Shown piece by piece: positions 18,381 through 64,000 of a DNA stretch of 64,000 bases. The stretch lies in NCBI RefSeq assembly GCF_009914755.1, contig NC_060943.1. One strand, given 5' to 3'. Source of the DNA: the human T2T-CHM13v2.0 reference genome, Homo sapiens. Under the pieces are notes generated by a model. It searched no databases, was not told the origin of the DNA, and was given only the letters and a program-made list of their open reading frames with translations. A program made the translations under genes and the position numbers. Position 1 is the first letter of the stretch; every line of letters begins with the position of its first letter.

Positions 18381-18741
18381 CCCCCAACCCGCCTAGCCTG
18401 TTCCCCACCCATCAACCCCTCCTCGAGGTGGGAGGGGAAGTCGGGGGGAAGCCAAACTGCTCCCCGCTCCTGCAGCACCGGCCTCGGTCGCGCTGACTCT
18501 GGCCTGGTGTCCGTGTCTCTTGCTATCTCTCTTTCTCTCAAGATCTCTGCGCCTGTCTCCATGTCTCTTTCTCTCTGTGCACCTAGGATTTTCCGAGCAC
18601 CCACCCCGGTGCCCCGCGGGCCCCGGCTGGGGGCAGGGCCCCCAACGAGTGCAGAGACACAATCAGTGGAGCGCTCCCCACCCTCACCCCACCCCCAGCC
18701 CCTTTAGACCCACAGCTGATGAGGCACGTGGAGTGGCAGAG

Positions 18742-18877
18742 ATGGAAGAGGGGAGGGAGAGGAATCGTTCCTGGCCGCCTGCCGAGTGCCAGTCCCTGCC
18801 CCGGGTGCGTCTCTTCACTCCCACTAAGGAGGAAACGGCTCAGAGAGGGGAAGTGTTTGGCCAAGGTCACCCAGCGA
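18742..18877 (+). other. BCL3: Candidate alternative coding first exon of BCL3 (partly MIR-derived)
   Basis: Strong-Kozak ATG (GAGATGG), 136-nt open frame, donor CGA|GTAAGT in phase 1 matching the exon 2 acceptor. Confidence 0.5.
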
Positions 18878-18910
18878 GTAAGTGGGAACCGAGATTCCAA
18901 ACCCCGTCCC
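18820..18910 (-). mobile_element. MIR fragment supplying the candidate splice donor
   Basis: GAGGAAACGGCTCAGAGAGGGGAAGTG..CCAAGGTCACCCAGCGAGTAAGTGG matches the MIR core. Confidence 0.75.
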
Positions 18911-19539
18911 AGAGATGCCAAGGCCTCCTGAGAGACAGAGAAGCAGACAGCAACTGAGAGGCAGAGAGATGGTGACAGACACAAAGAGACAAAAGAGAGA
19001 GACAGAGACGGAACAGAGCACACAGAGACAAACGCGGGGTTGCGGAGAGAAACACCTACTCAGACAGGAGAACCAGAGAGACAGTTACAGACTCAGAGAT
19101 AGAGATGTTGAGAGATAGGGCCAGAAAGACAAAAACAGAGGCAGAGAGAGCGGCCCTTGGCAGCAGGGGTGGGGACACCCCCCCACCCCCCGACCCCGCC
19201 TCCTCTCCCCCCACCCCTCCTTTCCTCTCCCTCCCCCGCCGAGGCCTGGCTGCCCCAGGCGCCGCGGGCCGGGAGGGGGCAAGCGGGGCGCGGCGCGGGC
19301 GGGGCGCAGGGCAGGCTGCACCTCAGAGCGGCGGGAGCAGCGGCGGGTCCAGGAAACCCCTGGGGCGTACGGGTGGCCCCGGGGGGGCCGGGGGCGGGGA
19401 GGCGGGCGGCCGGCACCGCCCCGGCCGACAAAAGTCCCTTCAGTTCAGCCGGCTGCAGGGGAAGTCCCGGCGCCCGGCGAAACCACCCTCCCGTGCAGCC
19501 GAGCCCAGCCGCTCTCCGGCCGCCGTCCCCGGCGGCCCC

Positions 19540-30364
<10,825 letters not shown>

Positions 30365-30482
30365 GGGGGATGGGGGGGCAGATCTTGGACTCATGAGGAG
30401 GGGCCCCCCTGCCCTGTGGGGTCAACCCTTCTGGAAACTGTGAAGATCTCACTCTGCCCCCCCCCCCCCATCTTCGGGACCA

Positions 30483-30493
30483 GGATTTGCACA
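30483..30493 (+). promoter_or_regulatory. miR-19 family target site in BCL3 3'UTR
   Basis: TTTGCACA 8-mer at 30486-30493, extended to GGATTTGCACA. Confidence 0.55.
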
Positions 30494-30772
30494 GAAGCAC
30501 ATGCACCTACCCATACACCCCCTCTTCTGAGCACAGATGTTCCCCCATCTCGCTCCCTCCCAGGACTCTGACCCCAGCATTCTCAGGCACCAGTCCCTGT
30601 CCGGAATGCCACCCACATCTTCCATTTCCATGTCCCCTCCCAGAGCTGGTGGACCCAGGGAACAGCCACTCCCCTCCACTCTCTACCAGATAACTGAGGA
30701 GGGGAGAGGTGGGCCGTAACGGGCACGGATCACGATGTAAATTATTAAGCATTTTGGTTGGATTTCTTTTGT

Positions 30773-30778
30773 AATAAA
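30773..30778 (+). terminator. BCL3: BCL3 polyadenylation signal
   Basis: AATAAA about 410 nt after the stop codon, in a U-rich context. Confidence 0.88.
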
Positions 30779-30902
30779 CTATTTTTGTACCATATCCCTT
30801 GGGTGCATGGGCCTCTTTCATGAGATGGACCTGGCGGAAGTGCCTTCGTGTGTGTGCACACCCGTGCACTGAATCCAGTTGACTCCCAGAGTGATGTTGT
30901 GA

Positions 30903-31253
<351 letters not shown>

Positions 31254-31491
31254 TGATCCTCCTGTGTCGGCCTCCCAAAGTGCTGGGATTACAGGCATGA
31301 GCCACTGCACCTGGCCGGTGTGTGATATCTTTCCAGGGCACCCTGTTGGATTCCGTAGTGACCCTGGGCATGTGTGTTTCTGTAGTGTGGGGGTCCTGGT
31401 GATAACCCACAGCTGACTTCAGCCCCAATCGTCTCTGGCTGTCCGAGTGCGTGGTGCTTGGGAGTGTTCCTAACATTGAGATCTGGGGTGA

Positions 31492-34720
<3,229 letters not shown>

Positions 34721-34839
34721 TCACTGAGCACAGTGGCTCACACTTGCAATTCCAGCACTTTGGGGAAGGCAAGGTGGGAGGATCACTTGAGGCCAGGAGT
34801 TCAAGACCAGCCCAGACAACATAGCAACACCCTGTCTTG

Positions 34840-34948
34840 AAGGGAAGGGAAGGGGAGGGGAAGGGAGGAAAGAGGGAGAGGAAGGAAGGAAGGAAGGAAG
34901 GAAGGAAGGAAGGAAGGAAGCAAGCGAGGGAGGGAGGGAGGGAGAGAA
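34840..34948. repeat. (GGAA)n/(GGGA)n purine tract
   Basis: Read directly. Confidence 0.9.
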
Positions 34949-35071
34949 GATTATTTCTATGTTTCCTGGTCAACATAGTGAGACGCTGTCTCTACAGAAG
35001 ATCAAAAAATGTGTTGGCTGAGCATGAGCCTGGTGGTGTGTGCCTGCAGTCCCAGCTACTTAGGAGGCTGA

Positions 35072-35686
<615 letters not shown>

Positions 35687-35732
35687 TAATCCTTAGAGCA
35701 ACTTGCAGGTTTGCTCCAAGGTTTAAACATGA

Positions 35733-36264
<532 letters not shown>

Positions 36265-37173
36265 TATGAACGGGACACAGTGGCTCACGCCTGTAATCCT
36301 AGCACTTTGGGAGCTGGAGGTGGGCAGATCGATTGAGCCCAGGAGTTCAAGACAAGCCTGGGCAATATGGTGAAACCCTGTCTCTCCAAAAAAAAAACAA
36401 AAATTAGCCGGTATGGTGGTGCACGCCTGTAGTCCCACCCACTGGGGAGGCCGAGGTGGCAGGATCACTTGAGCCTAAGAGGTCAAGGCCGCAGTGAATC
36501 AAGATTGCGCCACTGCATTCCAGCCTGGGTGACAGAGAGAGACCTTGTCTCAAAAAAGGAAAAAGGTGGGGGGAAGTAAATTTTGTGCAATACTTATTAC
36601 AGGCCATGGTGCTGAGTAAGAGCTTCATAAATGGGAATTGCTGTTGCCATCATCTAAGAATTTTTGACAGTTTTGAGGTCAGAGGAAACACAGTAGAGAC
36701 GATGAGACCTATTCTTTGTCCTGGTAGAAAAATGGAACAATGAGGTCATAGCCTAGATGTGTGTTTTAGCTACATTTTTTTTATTCCACGGTTGTAATTA
36801 AATTAAATAATATAGCTGGGCATGGTGGCACACACCTGTAGTCATAGCTACTCGGGAGGGAGGCTGAGGCATGAGGATCACTTGAGCCCAGGAGTTTGAG
36901 ACCAGCCTGGGCAATGTAGTGAGACCCCATCTCTTGAAAGAGTGAAGTGACTCGCATCTGTAATTCCAGCACTTTTGGAGGCCAAGGCAGGAGAATTGCT
37001 TGAGCCCAGGAGTTTGAGATCAGCCTGGGCCACATAGCAAGATCCTCTCTCTACAATAAAAAAAAAAAAATTATATTAGGTGCCTGTGGTCCTAGCTATT
37101 CAAAGGCTGAGGCAGGGTGCAGTGGCTCACGCCTGTAATCCCAGAAGTTTGGGAGGCCGAGACAGGCGGATCA

Positions 37174-37442
<269 letters not shown>

Positions 37443-37724
37443 CTATGATTGCACCACTGCACTCCAGCCTAGACAACAGAGAGAGACCCTATCTTTAAAA
37501 AATATATAAAACAAAGAGCCTGAGTAACATGGCAAAAGCCTGGGTAACATGGCGAAACCCTATCTCTACAAAAAAAAACGCAAAAATTAACCAGGCATGG
37601 TAGCGTGCATCTGTAGTCCCAGCTACTCAGGAGGCTGAGGTAGGAGGACCACTTGACACCGAGAGGTCAGGGCTACAGTGACCTATGACTGCACCACTAT
37701 GCTCCAGCCTGGGTGACAGAGTGA

Positions 37725-38045
<321 letters not shown>

Positions 38046-38064
38046 TGAGCTACCACGTCCACCC

Positions 38065-38510
38065 AATAGTAGCTTAAATAAGATGAAAGTCTATTTTTCT
38101 CTCATGTAAAGGCCCAGCGAACACCCGCATCTAGAATAGTAGCCAAGGATGTCAGAGATCGAGGCTCCTTCTACCTGGTTGTTCTGCTGCCCTCACCTCA
38201 CACTTCCATTGTGTGGTCCAAAATGGCTGCTCCAGCTCCCACCATCACATCCACATTCCAACCACTGGGAAGAAGAAACAAAAGTCAATCGCATGCCCCT
38301 ACCTTTAAAGCTACAACCCAGAAGTCATACACATCATACACATCACATCCTATTTGGCCAGAATTTAGTCACATGACCACACCTATCACAACAGAGGCTG
38401 GGAAATGTGGTTTTATCTGGGCAGCATGTACCCAGCCAAAATTCAGGGGTTCTGCTACAAAAGGAAGAGGAGAGAATGGTTATTGAGGGGCCGCACATGT
38501 ATCTGTCACA
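38065..38510. mobile_element. MLT1-type LTR
   Basis: AAAATGGCTGCTCCAGCTCC...ATCACATCCACATTCCA and TTTAGTCACATGACCACACCT. Confidence 0.6.
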
Positions 38511-38987
38511 ACCAGGGCTCTGCCACCAAATGACTAAATGACTCAAGGTGAAGTGACTTCACCACACTGAGCCTCAGTTTCCTCACCTGTAAGAAGGGAA
38601 TCCCCCCGACCCCTTGGGGTTGATGGGTTGTTGGGCATTTAATGAGAGTGTGAGTGTCAGGCACTTAGCCCAGGACCTGGCCCATCATCAGTCTGGAGTG
38701 TGTTGGAAGTCCTCTTGTGCTTGTGGGTCTAGGCTGTGGGTGATGTGGCTTTTCGTGTATGAGAAACCGTCCCGGGGCTTGAGAGCTGAACCCAGCACTG
38801 AACTTTATAAGTAACTTCTCTAAAACAAGGGATCTGGCCTCTGTACACATGGAAATCCCCACTCAGCCTCCTAGACCTTGGGACTAGGCACATGTCCTTC
38901 CACAGTCTTCCCCCTTCCGCTGGAGAAAGGCAGACTCCAAAGATGGAGGAAGGGTCCTGCTTGGGGTCTCCAGCCTCCCAGCCTTCA

Positions 38988-39206
<219 letters not shown>

Positions 39207-39220
39207 TCACTCACCCCTCA

Positions 39221-39721
<501 letters not shown>

Positions 39722-39920
39722 TCAGGGGACGGTGGCTTACACCTGTAATCCCAGCACTTTGGGAGGCCAAGGTGAGTGGATTGGCCAGGAGTTCAAGACC
39801 AGCCTGGGCAACATGGCAAAATCCCATCTCTACAAAAATTAGCCAGGTATGGTGGCACCCACCAACTTGAGAGGCTGAGGTAGAAGGATTGCTTGAACCC
39901 AGAGGCAGAGGTTGCAGTGA

Positions 39921-40239
<319 letters not shown>

Positions 40240-40449
40240 TAGCCAGGATGGTCTCGATCTCCTGACTTCATGATCCGCCCGCCTCGGCCTCCCAAAGTGC
40301 TGGGATTATAGGCATGAGCCACCGCGCAGCCGAACACATCTGTTCTTTAAGTGTGTTTTCAGACCTTCACATAAGCCAGACTTTTACTTTATAGAAAGGG
40401 AAACTGTGGCCCAGGGATGGAAGAGACTGACTTGGTGAATCGATAGGTC

Positions 40450-40970
40450 TGGGATTCCATGATTCACCATAACCAACCGACCAAATCTGTCAGCATTCTT
40501 GGGACAACCAGCATCGTGTGCCTCCTGATATCATGTACAGAGAAGGACACAGCATCACTTCTGTAACACTCCTGCCACCAGAATCTAATCACAAGGAAAC
40601 ATCACACAAACCCAAATCAAGGAGACCTTCTCCAAAAGAACTAGCCTATAATCTTCAAAAATGTCAATTCCATGAAAAACAAAGAAAGGCCAAGGAACCG
40701 TACCAGACTGAAGGAAACCGAAGAGATGAAAACTTTTTGCTATGACAGATAGTTTGGGGACAGCTGGCAATTTGCATACAGGCTGCACTGTTGGATACTA
40801 CTGTCACTGAGAAATGTACACTGCTCCTCTGTACTGTGGTGGTGTAAGAGAACGTCCTTACACTTGGAAATGCAACTGAAGCATTTAGAGGCAAAGGGAC
40901 GTAATGTCTGAAACTATTCTTGCAACTTCTCTGTAACTTTAAAATAATTTCAAAAGAAAAACAAATGATT
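40450..40970 (+). mobile_element. Old L1M-type fragment
   Basis: GGACACAGCATCACTTCTGT...AATCTAATCACAAGGAAACATCA resembles L1MC/ME 3' region. Confidence 0.55.
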
Positions 40971-40985
40971 TCAAAGTAAAAGTCA

Positions 40986-41454
<469 letters not shown>

Positions 41455-41594
41455 TTAAGGTGTAGGGGTGGGGCTAGGCCCTTGGGGGTGGGACCACAGT
41501 CCCAGAGGCGTGGCCAGGGCCTCGAAGGTATGGCCATAGTTTGAGGCGTGGCCGAGAAACTCCGTTCCCAAGGGAGGTGGTAACTCTGTGCTCA

Positions 41595-41613
41595 GAGCGC
41601 CCTCTTGTGGCTA
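41595..41613 (-). promoter_or_regulatory. CTCF motif (reverse orientation)
   Basis: Reverse complement TAGCCACAAGAGGGCGCTC fits the core CCASYAGRKGGCRS with one mismatch. Confidence 0.65.
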
Positions 41614-41639
41614 TCCTCAGGTCTCCACTTTTTATTCAA

Positions 41640-44045
<2,406 letters not shown>

Positions 44046-44173
44046 CACTTCATTTGTATCCACTTTGAGTCAAATCTGGAAAAAGAGTTATTATAGTTGC
44101 AAAGTGGATACAAAAAAACCTGTCAAATCTAGGAAAAGAGTTCATATAGTTGCAGATTTTTTTTCTTTTTTAG

Positions 44174-44461
<288 letters not shown>

Positions 44462-44789
44462 TGAGTAGCTACGATTACAGGTGCGTGCCACCATACCCAG
44501 CTAAGTTTTGTATTTTTCATAGAGATGGGGTTTCACCATGTTGGTCAGGCTGGTCTCGAACTCCTGAGCTCATGATCCGCCTGCCTTGGCCTCCCAAAGT
44601 GCTGGGATTACATGCGTGAGCCACTGCACCCAACCATTTTTGGTTTTTTGGTTTTGCTTTGTTTTGTTTTTGTTTTTGTTTGTAGAGACAGGGCCTTGCT
44701 ATGTTGCCAGGTTGGTCTCAAACTCCTGGCTTCAACCGATCCTCCCACATCAGCCTCCCAAAGTGACAGGATTACAGGCGTGAGCACCA

Positions 44790-44883
44790 CCCCTCTTCCA
44801 GCTTGTGGTGTTCACTGGTAATCTTTGGTGTTGTTTGGCTTATAGATGCATCACTCCAATCTCTCTGCCGCCATCGTCATATG

Positions 44884-44921
<38 letters not shown>

Positions 44922-45105
44922 ACCTGTAACTGTATCCAAATTTCCTTTTCATAAGGATATCAGTCAGATTTAGGACCCACCCTAATCCAGTAGAAACTTA
45001 TCCTGATCTGATTACATTTGCAAAGACCTTATTTCCATATAGGGTCACATTCATAAATTCCAGTGAACATGAACTTGGTGGGGAGGGGAATGATTCAACC
45101 CAGGC
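44790..45105. mobile_element. MLT1-type LTR fragment containing (TG)n
   Basis: GCATCACTCCAATCTCT...ATTACATTTGCAAAGACCTTATTTCCA. Confidence 0.6.
44885..44920. repeat. (TG)n microsatellite
   Basis: Read directly. Confidence 0.95.
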
Positions 45106-45704
45106 CACTCATTATTATGTGTTTATGACACACACTGTTGGTATTTGTGTCCAGTTCATTCACCTTAATTGCTGCGCAAGAGTTTATTGTGAGAGTACAC
45201 CACAATTTATGTCAGGCTGCTGGTGGTGAACACCCACCTTGTTGCCAATTTCCTCCACTTCCAACAAGAATGCAATTAACATCCCTGAACATGTCTCTTG
45301 GAGTTTCTTAGGGCAGTATCTTTCAAACGGCCAAACAAGATCCATTAGTGGGTTGTGAAATCAATTTAGTGGGTTATAAACAATTTTTCCTTTAATGAAA
45401 TGGAATTAAATAGAAGCTATTAGAGTGCATGCTCATAGTCGGAGTGAGAGCTCTTCTGTGAAACTTTTGCTTCAGGTGTCTATAGCTGTATTAATGTCCA
45501 GCAAAAGTGTTTACAAGCCACAGCTCTGAAAGAGGTAGCTGGACAAATGACCTGTCCATTTGTCCAAAGGTCTCGTGGATGCTGCCAAATTGCTCTGCAA
45601 TGTAGTTTGTCCATTTGCACTCAGAGCAGCTCCTTGCCAATACTTGCCAGTCAACACTTTGAACTTTTTCAGGCTAATGGGTTTTCATCCTGTTTTGTTT
45701 TTTG

Positions 45705-45735
<31 letters not shown>

Positions 45736-45883
45736 GAGACAGTCTCGCTCTGTCGCCCAGGCTGTAGTGCAGCAGCATGATCTCAGCTCACTGCAACCTC
45801 TTCCCCCCGCCGGGTTCAAGCGATTCTCCTACCTCTGCCTCACAAGTAACTGGGATTACAGGCACACCACTATGCCCAGCTAA

Positions 45884-46126
<243 letters not shown>

Positions 46127-48301
46127 TAGTCTCCAACTTCTAACCTCAAGTGATCCACCCACCTCAGCCTCCAAAAGTGCTGGGATTACAGGCATGAGCA
46201 ACTGTGCCCAGCCTAATTTTTGTATTTTTAGCAGAGATAGGGTTTCACCATGTTGGCCAGGCTGGTCTCAAACTCCTGAACTCAAGTGATCCACCCGCCT
46301 TGGCCTCCTAAAGTGCTGGGATTACAGGCTACAGGCATGAGCCACCACACCCGGCCCAATCTATTTATTTATTTTATTTTTTTATTTATTTTCTTTTTGG
46401 TCGTTTTTTAATTTAAAGAAAAATTTTAAGATTTTCAATTCCTACGAGATGGGGGTGGGGCTAAGGAGGGGCTCAGGGTGCATTGGGAGGTTCGGCTCTC
46501 ATCCTATGCCCCCTACCCGCCGACCTCAAAGGACTTTTGAGAATTCAGTGTGCCAATGTTTGCAAAGCATTACACACAGGGCCTGATAGACAGCAAGCAT
46601 TCAATAAATGCTAGCTATGGCCGGGTGTAGTGGCTCATGCCTGTAATCCCAGCATTGTGGGAGGCCCAGGCTGGAGGATTGCCTGAGCTCAGAAGTTCAA
46701 GACCAGCCTGTGTAACACAGTGAGACATCATCTCTACTAAAAACTAAAAAAAAAAAAAAAAAATAGCCAACGTGGCAGTGCATGCCTGTAGTCCTAGTTA
46801 CTAGGGAGGCTGAGACAGGAGGACCACTTGAGCCCCAGAGGTCAAGGCTGCAATGAGTGGTGATCCAACAACCACTGCACTCCAGCCTAGGAGACAGAGC
46901 AAGACCCTGTCTCAAAAAAATAAAATAAAATAAAATAAAAGTTAGTTATTACTATTATTCTCTGATTCAAAGTTCTCTAGATATGTGCACATTTGCGATC
47001 AGAACTTGGCCTGGTCTGACCAGGCATGGTGGCTCACGCCTGTAATCCCACCTCTTTAGGAGGCCGAGCAGGCAGGATTGATTGAGCCCAGGAGATCCAG
47101 GCTGCAGTGAGCTATGATCAGGCCACTGCACTCCAGCCTAAGCAACAGAGCAAGACCAAGCAAGACCCTGTATCACAGGAAAAAAAAAAAAAAAAAAAGA
47201 ACTTGGCTTGGCCTAGGATGGGGCGCGGCCAGAATGCCTTGCTTAGGGGCGAGGCCCACAGCGCCCCGATGGCTGCCCAGCGAGCAACTGAGCAACCAGG
47301 CTGATGTTACAGGTTCTACAGGTTGGGTGAAAGCCACGCCCGGCCACCCCTACACAAATGAGTTGCTCCCCGCCCCCACAGTCTTGAACGCCATCCTCCC
47401 GCCTGGCTTCTTCGGGACTCAGGAGTATCTTAACTCTGGCCTGATTTCTCCCATGCCACACCATTAGGGGCACCCAGAAATCTTGTTGCCAAATTCCTGC
47501 CCCCTCAGACACCCACTTTCAAACCCTTGCTTCTAGGGAACCCAAGGGCCTGGTGGCTCTGTGCCTCCTTCCTCGGAGACAGAGAGAGAGCAATGCCTCC
47601 CTGACCGGTTCCTCCTTGAAATCTCAGTTATCTGACCTTTAATCCCATGCCACGACCAAAGACCCATACCTTCGACAAGGCGCTGTGTCCAAGTCCCACC
47701 TCTCGGTAGCTCCCAGCCCTTCCCCTCCCCTCTCCAAGAAGAGTCCCGTGGCAGGGCAAAATGGCTCACGCCTGTAATCCCAGCACTTTAGGAGGCCGAG
47801 GCGGATGCATCGCTTGAGCTCAGAAGTTCAAGACCAGCCTGGGCAACATGGTGAGACCCCGTCTCTACTAAAAATACAAAAAATAAAATAAAATAAAATA
47901 GCCAGGACTGCTGATGCGCGCCTGTGACCCCAGCTACTCAGGAGGGTGAGGTGGGAGGATCACTTGAGCCTGGGAGACAGAGGTTGCAGTGAGCTAAGAT
48001 CTCACCACTGCACTCCAGCCTGGGTGAAAAAGCAAGACCCTGTCTCAAAAAAAAAAAGTCCCAGGCCTCCCCTAGCCCCTTGCCCCTCTCTGAAGGGACC
48101 CAGATATCCTACCTGCACTTCCCACCCACACACTGAGAAGCCCCCTCCTACCGCTACCCACCAAAGCCACCCCACCCTGCTCCTTTTTGAGAATCAAACT
48201 CAAACCGCACCAGCTAATTTTTTTTTCTTTTTTGTATTTTTAGTAGAGACACGGTTTCACCATGTTGGCCAGGCTGGTCTCGAACTCCTGACCTCAGGTG
48301 A

Positions 48302-48523
<222 letters not shown>

Positions 48524-48685
48524 TGAAGACCCACGTGCCAGGTCCTCCAGCCCCCGCCCCCTTTGGAGACACTGGTACCTGCAGGCCCCTCCCCGGTTCT
48601 CTAGGACCCGCCCTCTCCTTTCACTCTGGGCGAGGCCGCCCCTATCCCAGCCGCACCGGTCCTTCCCGGCACACGCGAGGCTCCC

Positions 48686-63264
<14,579 letters not shown>

Positions 63265-63735
63265 GTGGGTCTGACCCCTGTGGCGCCTTCCCCTCTGGTC
63301 TCCCCCTCTCTACAGGGAAAGCCCCAAAAGGATCTCCATGCCTCATTGATCATATGGGGAAACCGAAGGCCAGAGAGGGCAAAGAGCTGATGGCAACCAC
63401 TCAGGAGCCCGGCTGTCTTTCCCAGGGCCTCTGGTTCCATCCCACTCTGCACACGCTGCCTCTGTTTCTCCCTCTCCGGCAATGTTATCAGTGGAAAGCT
63501 CTCCTTCCTTCTCTGCCTAGGTGATCCCCAGCCAGTGGCTTCACGTCTCTGAGCCTTAGCCTCGTCCCCTGGAGAACGGGGCTGAGAATAGTGACCTCCC
63601 AAAGGCCACAGTGAGGCTGGGCACGGTGGCTCACGCCTGTAATCTCAGCACTTTGGGAGGCCGGGGTGGGTGGATCACTTGAGGTCAGGAGTTCGAGACC
63701 AGCCTGGCCAACATGGTGAAAACCCGTGTCTACTA

Positions 63736-63999
<264 letters not shown>

Positions 64000-64000
64000 T

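Noticed and set aside
34879-34920. (GGAA)n tract as an EWS-FLI1 response element
   Set aside because: About ten repeats in an Alu tail; such tracts are common and nothing else supports a role

Overview
Human (primate) genomic DNA, GC-rich and very Alu-dense, recognisable as the 19q13.3 BCL3-CBLC locus. It holds the complete BCL3 gene on + (9 coding exons, 19540-30364, 1365 nt = 454 aa, AATAAA at 30773). It also holds the first 7 coding exons of CBLC on + (48686-63264; the gene continues past the window). Between them is a retroposed copy of a partially spliced RPL10 transcript, with a SNORA70-like H/ACA snoRNA, the host intron end, spliced exons and a poly(A) tail (35735-36264). Other features: a mirtron-like hairpin (MIR8085) at the end of BCL3 intron 7, four chr19-type ~37-bp MSR1 arrays forming one inverted pair per gene, a related 20-bp array upstream of BCL3, NF-kB/STAT/AP-1 motif clusters and three CTCF-like sites. 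The best leads are an in-frame MIR-derived alternative first exon for BCL3, the snoRNA retrocopy cassette, the inverted MSR1 pairs and a cryptic donor that would make the miR hairpin an exact 72-nt intron. Nearly all other ORFs in the track are Alu or low-complexity artefacts. There is no evidence of a new multi-gene system. Repeat family names and RNA identities come from recalled consensus sequences and need database confirmation.
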